Source of the DNA: Cycas panzhihuaensis
Lineage: Eukaryota; Plantae; Cycadophyta
Direction of reading: 5' to 3'
NCBI GenBank assembly: GCA_023213395.1
Contig: CM041465.1
Span: 33,921,741-33,985,740 of the forward strand
DNA length: 64,000 nt
Part shown: positions 15,000-26,844 of the stretch, in pieces
Position numbering within the stretch: the first letter of the stretch is position 1
Layout: each line of letters opens with the position of its first letter
Position numbers and translations under genes: made by a program
Notes under the pieces: generated by a model
The model's input: only the letters and a program-made list of their open reading frames with translations
Told to the model about the DNA's origin: nothing
Database searches by the model: none

Positions 15000-15689
15000 A
15001 TTGGAAATTGTAAAAAATTAATATAAGTCAGAAGATTTTGAAAAATTTTGATGAATAAGTGTAGGTAAAAAAAATCACATAAAAGATTTACCTAACATCA
15101 GAGTAACCCTGTTAACATTCCACATACATATTTAAGAAACTGAAAAACATTGTTATATGTTTGGATACCCTTCCCCTAAAAAGAATTAAATGTTCCCCTT
15201 TTATAAAAATGCTAATAGTCCCCTTTATTATTAAAGAAATATATTTGAAAAAGAAGTTACTTATTTAATTATTTAAAATAATAATAAAGGTGTTAAGTAA
15301 TCTAATTACCCTTTAGTTATCTATATAATGACAAAAAGAAAATCTTAAATAAAGTTTTAAATGGTTCTCCTTTAGAGAACAGAAAAACGTTGCTCACTCA
15401 AGATGACTTTTTAAAGTATGAACTAGATAAATATTTACTAAATGAAATGAAGCTCAATTAAAAGCTATTAGGATATCTATCATGGTATAGAAAAAGGATA
15501 ATAATAAGTAGTAAGTCCATAACTCTAATAGGCTAATAAGACCTAGTTAGCCTCACTCTTTAATAAGATCATATCATTGAGAGAGGGGACGAATTTGAGG
15601 CCATAAATTCAAAGAAGGAGAGGGAAAGAATAACTTGGTTCTTTCAAAAAATTAAGTGTTTAATAAAATGAATACATATCTTTGAGAGA

Positions 15690-16040
15690 GGGGATTTAAG
15701 GTTAACATTAGGATGTAATAAGGGGAGTTAATGTCAACATTAAATTATTGTAATAGGGAGTTATCGTCAACATTAAAATGAAGTAATGGGAGGGACTAAT
15801 GTTAAGTTATAAATAAAGTGTAATATGAGGGATTAATTTTAATAATAGAATGTAATAAGAGGGAGGTGAATTTTAACTTAAAAGTATAATAGGGGGGGGT
15901 TAATATTGATTTATAAATATAATGGGAGGGAGCTAATATTAAATTAAGTAATAGTATGTAATAAGAAGGAGGTAAAGTATAATAAGGGGGGTTTTAATAT
16001 TTTTTATAAATGTAATATGAGAAATCTTATGTTAAATTTA
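15690..16040. repeat. Degenerate ~30-35 bp tandem array (about 10 units) in the C3 leader
   Basis: Recurrent core TGTAATA(A)GGG(G/A)G..TTAAT(G/A)TTAA separated by variable AT-rich spacers. Confidence 0.7.
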
Positions 16041-16236
16041 TAAATGTTAATGTTTATGATTTAAATCGAAAAAATAAAAAACAAACCCGCGGACCCGATA
16101 GGGTTATAGATTTTATAAAAGAAAAATAAAATAAAAAAATGATTGAGGTCCATGGAGGAGGAATAGGGTAGAAACCCTACCTGGTTCAATCGCATTAAGG
16201 TGATGCTATTTCATTGCAGGTCTAGATTCTCCAATA

Positions 16237-16347
16237 GCTCCCCTTTGATTGTGTCTCAATCTGGTTTGAGGCGGCTCTCCTTCAATTATTTCTCAGTCTG
16301 GTTCGAGGACACTCTCCTTCAATTGTTTCTTAGTCTAGTTTGAGGTC
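16237..16347. repeat. 3 x 37-bp tandem repeat in the C3 leader
   Basis: Units start at 16237, 16274 and 16311; consensus GCTCTCCTTCAATTGTTTCTCAGTCTGGTTTGAGG. Confidence 0.9.
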
Positions 16348-16758
16348 ATGGCCATGAGGATTCGGACAGACTATTGGCTCTCAGGATAGGACTCCTAGTC
16401 TTGGTAACGAGTCAATAGAGCCCCCCCCCCCCCCCCCCAGTTGGGAGAACAAACAAAGATTTGGGCATTGTCACAAGTCCTTTCTTCTTCTTCAGGCGCT
16501 TCCTACTTCCTTACTCAATGGCGTTCATCATTTTCAACTCAAACAGCCCTATGCAACAGAGTATATAAAGGCTAAGAAAGCATTGATTAATCACTACAAG
16601 TACCAGGTGTAGATAGAATTCAAGTCCAAGTTTAGGAGGAGGTTTTGTTTCTTCCTCACACATAGGTTCTCATGCAGGTTTTCCCTCCATGCGCAGGTTT
16701 TCCCCTCATAGTATGACAAATAGTTTACTAAATAGTTTTCCTTTTTTTTTCATAATAT

Positions 16759-16860
16759 ATTTGCCAACTTAATGTCATCTTCTAGGCATCGTCTTATGAA
16801 GATAGTCTTACCATGCCATTTAACTGTAACTGTGGTTCCAAGCTCAATGCTGGATAAATT
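16759..16860 (-). pseudogene. Captured fragment of mitochondrial cytochrome bc1 Rieske Fe-S subunit, upstream half of the soluble domain
   Basis: Manual translation [34 protein letters not shown], matching the plant Rieske motif [34 protein letters not shown] as I recall it. Confidence 0.92.
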
Positions 16861-16862
16861 AT

Positions 16863-17057
16863 AGGGCCCTTTCATATCTGACCAGAAATTTCATAGTGAG
16901 AACCATGGCATGGACAAAACCAACCCCCAAAATCACCAGCATTAGGAAAAGGAACACAACCAAGGTGGGTGCAAACACCAATTACAATAAGCCACTCTAG
17001 ATTCTGCACCCTTTTTTAATCTTCCTGGGGAGTGGAAAGGGGTTTGGGGTCCAGACT
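16863..17057 (-). pseudogene. Captured fragment of mitochondrial Rieske Fe-S subunit, cluster-binding half
   Basis: Manual translation [63 protein letters not shown]. Both Rieske boxes (CTHLGC, CPCHGS) are present, with two in-frame stops. Confidence 0.95.
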
Positions 17058-17095
17058 CTATGTATGCCTATATTTTTTTTTTTTTGAACAAAGGA

Positions 17096-17240
17096 ATGGC
17101 TACCACGTCGGCGTTAGGAGTTTTGAACACAGAGATCAGTTGCTTGCAATACAAAAGGAGGTGCAGAAGAGATGGGAGGAAGGTGGTGTATTCAAAGTAG
17201 AAGCATTCGATGGGGCACCTTCAGATGCAAACAACTTTTG
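17096..17240 (+). pseudogene. Captured N-terminal fragment of cytosolic leucyl-tRNA synthetase (antisense to C3)
   Basis: ORF 17032-17301 contains GVRSFEHRDQLLAIQKEVQKRWEEGGVFKVEA, resembling plant LeuRS N-termini (roughly G.RSF.RRD.LL.I...VQ.WWEE..VF.AE, from memory). An ATG at 17096 is one frameshift away. Similarity ends before the FPYPYMNG/HIGH motif. Confidence 0.8.
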
Positions 17241-17348
17241 CTTGAGGAGAAGATATCTAGAATTTCACATCCAAAAATTCCAAAGGATGGGTTCAACTTG
17301 ACAAAGGTTCCAGCAAATTGGAAAGGGATTCTATTTGCTCTAATACCA

Positions 17349-17792
17349 TGTTAGAATAGGCACATGTACAAAGTCATAATATCACAGGAACAAAAAAGAT
17401 ATAAGAAAAAGAGACAATACACATATACACAGAGGTGACGGGTGGAAAACCCCTTCTGGGGAAGAAAAACCACCACCTAAAAGCTAAATTATATTAAGAA
17501 GAAATACTATATAATACTATGATTAAAACTACCTATAAAAGGAAAAAACAGCCTTGTAATAGGCTTCTGGGTAGCCTCCTAGAATCCAGGGATCATCTCC
17601 TTAAATCTAGGAGAAGTATTAATACCACGAAAGATTCGTTGAAATGGGTGGTTGCGCATTTCGATGACCTTCCACATAATAATTAAATAAAACTCTAAAC
17701 ATTTAACTTTAAAATCACTTAAATTAGAAATTACATATGTGACTTAAATAATAACTTAAGAATAATATAAAAGTGAATTAATACTTCTAACA
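17349..17792 (-). repeat. C3 5' LTR
   Basis: TGTTAG...CTAACA, adjacent to the PBS. Confidence 0.95.
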
Positions 17793-19170
17793 AATAAAAA
17801 AAGTATGGTTACTAAACTTCCATTCATTTAAGGTAATAATGAAGTATGTGAAGGATGCATCTATGAGAAATAGCATAGAGAAATTTTTTAGACTCAGAAT
17901 TTTAAGCCAAATATTCACTTTGGTTGGCACATATAGATTTATGTGGTATAATGAGAATACTAAAATTTGAAAATGTCAGATTCTTCTTAATTCTTATTAA
18001 TGATTTTACAAGAAAAATGTGGGTATATTTTCTTAGAGAAAAAATATGAAATATTTTAAATATTTATTAAGTTCAAAGTCATGGTTGAAAGGCAAAGTGG
18101 TAACAAATTGTAAGTTTTTTATTCAAATAATAGTGGTGAATTCATCTTAAATAATTTCAAAGATTTGTATAACAGAGTTGGTATAAGAAGATAATTCATT
18201 ACTCTATACATATCTAAGCAAAATGGAGTTGTTAAAAAGAAGATCAGAATAGTCATAAAAATGGCGAGATACATGCTTAAGTCAAAAGAGTTGAGCAATA
18301 AATATTAGGCTAAAGCATTAAGTACTATTATTTATCTACTAAATAAAAATTTTACAAAAGCAATTGAGGACTCAACTCCTAAAGAATGTTAGATAATTTA
18401 TATTAAAAAATGTAAATAGGAGGAGGATTCATGACACACACCACATGCCAAATATGTAAGAAATGACTATGTGCCAATGAATCACAACTCTCTAATGTTC
18501 TCATTCTCAAATAATATAGTATATCATATATTTATAGATTACAAATTTACCAAACATAAGAGATAGTTCTAACCAATTCATAATGATTAATTAATAACTT
18601 TCTCAAATTATAATAAGCTCTAACCTACCATATTTAATACTTAAACCATCTTTGACTTCTACTAACCACCATATTTAATGACTTTAACTAAGAATATTTT
18701 AATTAAAAATATTTTCTCACTAGGAATATTTCATATGAGAAAATATTCTAATGCCATGAGAAATGAACTTAAATGAACTAAGAAAATATTCTTTAGATGT
18801 GTTACTTATATTATTGATTAAAAAAAAAACTAAGTTAGAAAGAAAAAACATTAAGTACATTTTCATAGGTTATTCAAGTGAACAAAGGCCTATAGACTAT
18901 TTTATCCAACTGCAAATAAATCCTTTATAACCAGAGATATAATTTTTGATGAAAATATAATTTTTAAATATGAAGAAGATAAATAAAAATAGGTTATTAT
19001 TAAAGTTGATTCAAAACCACTTCAAAATTCATCTTCATCGATCCCAACTGTAAGCTCAAGTCAGAGTTCAAGCTCAACTCTAACTTTATCATTAAATCCA
19101 AATCAATAACATATTACAGAACCAAAATGACTTATTAGAAGTCATAATCTAGAAGCAATGCTTAATAGTA
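17793..19170 (+). pseudogene. C2 integrase (segment 2), interrupted at ~18390-18780
   Basis: VCEGCIYEK.HR, DF(T)RKMWVYFL, QNGV; after the insertion IF.GYS...KAYRL. Confidence 0.85.
18387..18780. mobile_element. ~400-bp non-coding insertion, possible solo/truncated LTR
   Basis: AT-rich block starting TGTTAGA that interrupts the C2 integrase between TP.E and FGC. No clean CA end or TSD found. Confidence 0.45.
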
Positions 19171-22100
19171 TATTAAAGATCCAACCCCTAACTTACCTTC
19201 TCTTATATCTTCTACTTCTTCTCTCTCTTATCTTTCCTTATATCTTCTATTTCTTCTACTTCTTCCCTCTTCTCAATATCCCATACATAAATATAAGGTT
19301 GTATAGTGGTCATTGAGCATTATATATATTCATGTAATATCCCACATGTATAAGGAAGAGGTTGTATAGTGAGCATTGAGCCATATATATATTTATGTAA
19401 TCTTTAGAGTAGGGTATCTAAAATATCATTGTTATTGCATGTAACTAGAAGGTTCCCCCCTCAAAGGGTATTGTAATACAAGTGCTCTTTTGGAGTTATT
19501 TGCATGTTATATTGGTGTGTAATTGTTATTAAGGAGTGGTATCCTACCAAGTGGTATCAGTGCAGTCGATCCATACCTTGTGGGAGAGTCAAAGGTATTA
19601 AATAATCAATATTTTTTCTATTAATATTTTCTCATCAATACTTACTCTCATTTAATTTCAGCTTAGTTACTTTGCCTTTTAGGGGTAGACAACACTTCAA
19701 TCATGCAACTACCCTAACACTAGCACCTAACAGTTTTCTTTTGCATTTAAATAGAGACCCTATGCTGGGAGTCTATAAATATCATGAGGATCTATTGTTT
19801 TGGGCTAAGCACATTGTGGATTTTCCATCCCTTACATGAAGGACTCGAGATCACACTCATGAATTAAGTCTTAGATAGAACTCAACTATAGAATTATGCC
19901 TCCACGTACCTCTGGGTATATAGGAGGACACCCTAAATAGGCCTTCCTAGTATAGGTAACCATAGGGAACTTATTGACCGACTGTAATTTATAGTGCATC
20001 AGTAAGCGGTTAGCCCAAGGAAGTTACTCTCCATGTACCCTAAAGATGGGTTAATACGACTATAGAGTAGAGTGTTCACCTTTGTAAGTTGATACTATTT
20101 ATGATTGAGATCAGTATATTGAAGGACCTACAAACTAGACAAGCACATACCTAGTATACCTGTTCTGTTTATTAGTGGTCTATACATACTTAATCAGTCG
20201 ATGTGTTAATCATCATCAATTTGTTAAATCTAGTGTGTCTAGCTAGTTTGCCATCAGTTCATATACACATAGTTAGTCAGCTAGTCACTGACTAAAAAAG
20301 CAAAAAGCAAAAAGTAAAAAAGTAAAAGCAAAAAAAAGAAAAAAGAAAAAAAAAAGTGTAAAAAGTTAAAAAAAAAAAAAACGTATTGCCTCATTATAAA
20401 ACATTAGGGATATTAGACTATAGACATCCTATCAAATCCCCTTCATTCACATTTACCAACTTACTTAGGTCTTTTGAATAAATGGCCCCTAAGATGAACC
20501 CAAGTTGGACTCAAGATCTCAATGATACTATCATACAACTTCGAGGAGATATATTACAAATCCAAACTGACTTCAATAAAAATTTTGAAGAAGTAATGTT
20601 AGAGCTCACAACCATGAAACATTTTAAAGAAGAAAAGATTGATTTTGATAATACTACTCACATAGGTGGGGGTCGTTTTGCTAAAGAAGATAAAGGTAAT
20701 GATGGCAGGCACTTTTGTCCCAACTTCCTTCTCAAGGTAGAAATCAAGAAGTTAAATGGTATAGATGTACGTACCTAGATCACCCAAATGGAATAATACT
20801 TTTCTCTTCATCAAGTTCTAGCAGACAAGAAGATCCCTCTTACTTCTCTACACATAGAAAGTGAACCTTACCAATGGTACCAATGGGTTATAAAAGTAAT
20901 CGGTGGACTTAGTTATCAATGGGAGGGTTTTGTTAAGGATCTTACAGTTCAATATAATAGTACCTGGGATCATGACCACTTTAACCAGTTAGCTAAAGTC
21001 AGATAGGAGGGGATTATTTAAGCTTATACAGTAGAATACCAACATCTCTCCATAAGGGTTGATGGTCTTTGTCAGAATAAATTACTTGACTTGTACATTG
21101 GTGGGTTACGAGATGATATTAGACATGAGTTGTGACTCCTAAAATCTAATAACATCTCTACAACTATCAATTTTTCTCGACATATTGAAGCAAAAAATAA
21201 GGCATCTTGACCCTTCCTATGAACATTCCCAAAAAATTGACTACAATATCAGGTGCCTAATGTGCGATGAATGACTTCCCAAGAGATGAATAAGAAAAAA
21301 TTGAAAGGGTTATGTCTTCATTGTAATCAAAAGTAGAATAAAGACCATAAGTGTCCTGAACAATGCTTATTCATAATTGAGGATCACCAAGATGATGAAC
21401 TAGTAGAGGAAACCTCATTAGAGCCAAAAAATAATGATTGTAACCCACCTGATGAGGAAGAAGAAGATACTACTACTATATCTGTATATGCCCTTGATAG
21501 AGTCGCAACCCCATAAATACTCAAACTTGTTGGGTATATTAAGAAAAGGAAGGTGGTTATCCTCATAGATTCTGGGAGTAGCCACAATTTTATTAATTGA
21601 GAACTTGCTAAAGAACTCAATTATTTTCCATATCCTGTCAAAATGTTCTAGGTTATAGTGGCTAATGGAGGGACACTCATTTATGGAGGAAAATGTCACA
21701 ATATCAAGTTGCAAATGGGTGACTATTACCTCTCCACTTCTATGTATGTCATTCTCGTTGGAGGTGTTGATGTTATATTAGGGGTACAATGGCTCAAACC
21801 ACTAAGGACCATTCAATTAAATATGCAAGATCTCTTCATCTGATTTATTTCTAAAGGAATTGACTATCAATTGAATGGGATTATTCCTTCTCCAACCCAA
21901 ATCATTAGCTTACACTGCATGGAGAGGCTCATTAAAAAGGGTGGTATAAGAATCATTGCCAAATGTTATGATTTGGAAGGTTAGGAACTTCCAATAGAAG
22001 GAGACATTCTCTAAGATGATGGTATACTAAGTGACTTAAAATTGGTACTTCATCACCACAACTAGGTCTTTTAGGATATTTCTCAAGATCTTCCCCCAGT

Positions 22101-25100
22101 ACATGACCAAGATCATAGTATTAACCTGGTAGTTGGAAGTAATCCTCCTTGTATTTAACCATACTAGTATCCCTACCAATAAAATAATGAAATTGAACAA
22201 CTAGTTCAAGAATTCCTTAATGCTGGTACTACTAGGGAAAGTAAAAGCACTTTTTCTGCCCATGTGATTTTAGTAAGAAAAAAAAGGATGACTCATTTCA
22301 CACGTGTATAGACTACCACAAGCTCAATAAGATAACTATAAAGGATAAATTTCCTATACCAGTCATTGATGAACTCTTGGATGAACTCCATGGAGCAACG
22401 TTCTTCACATCATTAGACTTGTAGTCAAGATACTAGCAAATTAGGATGAAGGCAGAGGATGTTCATAAAATTGTATTTCATACACATGAAGGACATTATG
22501 ATTTTTTAGTCATTCCATTTGGCTTGACTAATGCCCCATCCACCTTTTAAGGTCTTATGAATAAACTCTTTTGACCTTACTTAAGGAAGTTTATATTAGT
22601 CTTTTTTGATGGCATTCTGATCTTCAGTTGTACATGGGAAGACCATCTTCATCATGTTGATAAGGCATTACAGGTACTTATAGATAACCAACTTTATGTC
22701 AAAAAATCAAAATGCCAATTTGGGCAATCATAAATAGAATATTTGGGCTATATTATCTCTTAAGAAGGAGTCAAGGTGAATCCTAAGAAAATTATAGTTA
22801 TCACAAACTGGCCTAAACCTAAAAACATCAAGGGCCTTCATGGATTCTTAGGAATCATAGGGTATTATCAAAAGTTTGTTCAAGGCTATGTAAGGATTGC
22901 TTCCACTTTAATCAACTTATTAAAAAAGGATTCCTTTCATTTGAATGATAAGGCCTCTAAAGCATTTTAATACCTAAAGGTGGCTTTAACAACCACACCA
23001 GTCTTTACAACACCAGACTTTACAAAGACCTTCACCATTAAATGTGATGCATTGGAGCAAGGTATTGGAGAAGTCTTAATGTAAAAAGGGAAACCTTTCT
23101 CCTTTGAAAGTCATCAACTTACATACAAGAAACAAGTCAAATCCACCTATGAGAAGGAGATGTTAGCAATTCTTCATGTGGTTAGGAAATGACAACAATA
23201 TTTATTGAGAACATATTTCCAAATTAAAATAGACCATGATAGCTTAAAACATTTCCTAGTTCAAAGGACAACATCTAAGGAACAACAAAAATGGGTCACT
23301 AAAATGCAAGCTTTTGACTTTTAAATCATATATAAAAAAGGCAAGGATAATATAGACGATGATGCTTTATCTCATAAGGAAGAAGGCTCTACACTATATT
23401 CTATCACCATGGTCAATCCCTTTTAGATAGTGGTCGCCAAGCAAGAATGGGATTATGACCCATTTACAAAGCAGATCATTCAAGACCTTCAAGCTAAGGT
23501 AGGGTATTCAACCCATTATACATAGTCTGTAAATATTCTTTGGTACAAGAATCAGATATATATATATACCCTCACTCTAGCCTCAAGGAGCAAATTTTAT
23601 ATAATACACATGCTTCTTCAATAACGGGTCACTCGAGATTCTTATAGATATACCACTACTTAAAACAATCTTTCTTTTGTAAGGGACAAAAAAGAGATGT
23701 AAAGAGATATGTTTCATTATATAAAATTTGTTAATGACATAAAATAGAAATAGTCAAGTCTCTAGGATTGCTACAACCCCTTCTTGTACCAAATTAATGA
23801 TAGGAAGAAACTTTTATGGACTTCATTGTGGGTCTGCTTAAGTCAGAAGGAAAAAATGTTATACTAGTGGTTGTTGATAGGCTAACCAAATATGCTCATT
23901 TTTATGGAATTCAAGCCACATATAAGGTAAAGTAAATTGCTAAGATCTTTTTAAAGGATATACACAGGTTACATGGCATGCCCAAATGCATAGTTAGTGA
24001 TCGAGACCCCAAGTTTACCAGCAACTTTTGGATAGAACTCTTCCATCTACTTGGTACTAAACTGACAATGAGCTCATCCTACCATCCATAAGTAGATGAC
24101 TAAACTGAGGTGGTTAATAAGTGCCTTAAAGGATACCTTCATTATTATGCTTAAGATAAGTAGGGCTAGTGGCATCATTAGCTTCCGTTAGTAGAATGGT
24201 GGTATAATACAACCTATCATGCATCATCAGGAATGACTTTGTTCCAAGCATTATATGGCTATGAACCACCCACACTTAAGAACTATGCCATAATCAATTC
24301 TAAGGTTCAAGCAATTAAGGACCACATCCAACAAATAACATAGATTCTTAAGCTACTCAAGGAAAATCTAAACCTTGCACAAAACTGAATGAAACAATAG
24401 GTAAATAAAGGGCAAAGTGAACGAGCATTTCAACCAGATGACTGGGTATACTTATGGTTGTAACCATACAAGCTAACAGCTCTTAAACAGGATGGACAAT
24501 ATAAATTACAACCTCAATTTTATAGGCCTTACAAAATTCTCAAGAAGATTGGTGAAGTTGCATATGCCTTAGACTTACCACCACCATCAAGGATCCATAA
24601 TGTCTTTCATGTGTCATGTCTTAAGAGGGTAATTAGATAATAAGTACAAGTTCAAAAAGAATTACCTATGTTAAATGAGGAGGAGCAACTTCAACTCATT
24701 CCAAAATGTATCATCGACTAAATAACTTGACATCTATGATCCAGGCAAATCATTGAGGATCTCATGAAATGGAAATAACTTCTATGAGAAGATGCAACCT
24801 GGGAGAATGAGCAATTTACGCAAGAGCATCCTAAGATCACCAAGCCTTAAGGGCAAAGCTTTTTTAAGGTGGGGACTTTGTTAGGAATCCAACCCCTAAC
24901 TTATCTTCTCTTATATTCTCTTATATCTTGTACTTCTCTCTCTTATCTTCTCTTATATCTTCTATTTCTTCTACTTCTTCCCTCTTCTTAGTATCCCACA
25001 TGCATAAGTAGAAGATTGTGTAGTGTTCATTGAGCACTATATATATTCACATAATATCCTACATACATAACGAAGAGGTTGTATAGGGAGCATAGAGCCA

Positions 25101-25266
25101 TATATATATTTCTATAATCTTTAGAGTAGGGTATCTAAAATAGCATTGTTATTGCATGTAATTTGGAAGTTGTCCCATCGAAGGGTATTATAATACAAGT
25201 GCTCTTTTGGAGTTATTTGTATGTTTTGTCGGTGTGTAATTGTTATTAAGGAGTGGTATCCTGCCA
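19171..25266 (+). mobile_element. G2: full-length Ty3/gypsy chromovirus (Reina-like) nested in C2
   Basis: LTRs 19171-19549 and 24879-25266; TSD TAGTA/CAGTA (19166-19170, 25267-25271); PBS TGGTATCAG at 19552; PPT AAGGTGGGGA at 24866-24875; chromodomain MKWK...EDATWE near 24760-24810. Confidence 0.94.
20482..24850 (+). pseudogene. G2 gag-pol, disrupted
   Basis: gag ORF 20482-20778; protease ILIDSGSSHNFI (~21555) and GVDVILGVQWL; [20 protein letters not shown]; ORF 22776-22970; integrase VVVDRLTKYAHF and IVSDRDPKFTS. Confidence 0.93.
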
Positions 25267-26834
25267 CAGTAACTTTAATAAAATGTTAATTAGATCTTAA
25301 GCAAGAGTTAACTTTACATTAATTACTCAAGTAATGCAAACTGGTAAACCACAATCTTTTGAAAAAGCTTTTGATAATGAAAAATAAATTGAAGCAATGG
25401 AACCTAAATATAATTCTTTGATTATAAATGAAACTTGGAATTTGGTTGAGTTACTTGTTGACAAAGAAATAATTGGTATAAAGTGGATATACAAAACACA
25501 ATATAAATCTAATAGTATAATGGAAAAATATAAGGCAAGACTCATAGCAAAAGGTTATACTCAACAAGAAGGAATTAACTATAAAGAAACCTTGCTCCAG
25601 CTGCCTGAATAGATATAATCATAAGTATCTTATCTTTAGTTTCTCATCAAGGTTGGACTATATATCAAATGGATGTTAAATTAACATTTCTTAATGGATA
25701 TATTAATGAAGAAATTTATGTTACTCAACCTTAAGCATTTGAGATTTATGAAAATGAACACTTAGTGCATAAGATAAAGAAATCTTTATATGGATTAAAA
25801 TAAGCTCCAAGCATTTGGTATTCTAAAATTGATAAGTACTTTCAAGATAAAAGATTTTAGAAAAGTCCATCAAATCCAAATATGTATATGAAAGTACAAA
25901 TACTTCAATCCTCATAATGTTGATGATCTCATTTGTACAGGTAACCATAATAAAATATTCTATCAATTCAAAAATGACATGAGCTTCGAATTTGAAATGA
26001 TAGATATGGAAATTAAATAAAAGTTGCATCTATAAGTCACAAAGTAAATATTTAATAGACATATTGAAGAAATTCAATATAAGTGAATACAAATTAAGTT
26101 ATACTCCTGATAAACCCAGGTTAAAGTTAAGTAAAAATGAAGATTTTATTTTAGTTGATTCTACTCTATATTATCAATTGATAGGAAACTTAATTTGCTT
26201 AATGAATACTCAACCAAATATAGCATATGTAGTGAATTTAACTTCAAGATTTATGCCAAAACCAAAGAAATGACATTGGGAAGCAATAAAAAGAATCTTA
26301 AGAAACATCAAAGGAACATTGAATTATGCATTGTAGTATACTCCATCAAATGAATTCAAGTTGATTGGTTATGTAGATGTAGATTGAGTAGGTGATATTG
26401 AAGATAAAAAATCAATTTTTGAATATGTCTTCAACATTGGTTCAGCACAATATCCTAGAACACAAAAAAGTAACCAACATTTTTTTATCTATAGCAAAAG
26501 TTGAATACAAAGTGATTGAATTAGTAAAAAGACAAGCAAGCAATATGACTCAAAAGAATACTTGAAGACCTACATCAACCTCAACAAGAACAGATAGTGA
26601 TTTTTTATGATAATCAAATTACAATCTAGATGACCAAAAATCTAATTATACACAATAAAACAAAGCACATTGACATGAAACACCACTACATCAAAGAACT
26701 CATCTAGGATTGGCAAGTTCAACTTCAACATCGCAAAATAGAAGACTAAGTGATAGACATTCTCACCAAAGCATTGTTAAAGACCAAACATTTTTAGTTC
26801 AAACAAAATCTCAGTATACAACCAAATGTATATT
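25267..26834 (+). pseudogene. C2 RT and RNase H (segment 3)
   Basis: ORF 25397-25612 (KYKARLIAKGYTQQEGI), ORF 26064-26273, KTKHIDMKHHYIKE, DILTKAL. Confidence 0.9.
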
Positions 26835-26844
26835 ATGGGGGAAG

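Larger units (their letters stand above)
10289..17792 (-). mobile_element. C3: full-length Ty1/copia nested in C2, with a ~2.3-kb leader carrying captured gene fragments
   Basis: LTRs 10289-10733 and 17349-17792 (about 8% divergent by hand count); TSD AATAA at 10284-10288 and 17793-17797; PBS (reverse complement) GCTCTAATACCA at 17337-17348; PPT (reverse complement) TCCCCCTTTAA from 10734. Confidence 0.95.

Noticed and set aside
15690-16347. CRISPR-like array
   Set aside because: Units are degenerate or head-to-tail without unique spacers, no cas genes are present, and the context is a plant retroelement.
16759-17240. Functional Rieske or LeuRS genes
   Set aside because: Short fragments with stops or a frameshift, permuted order, no transit peptide or catalytic core, and located between the LTRs of C3.
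19755-20045. Specific match to picornavirus type II IRES motifs (GGGGTCTTT, GCCCA.GAAG.TAC)
   Set aside because: Only short word matches that could arise by chance; cannot be supported without a covariance search.
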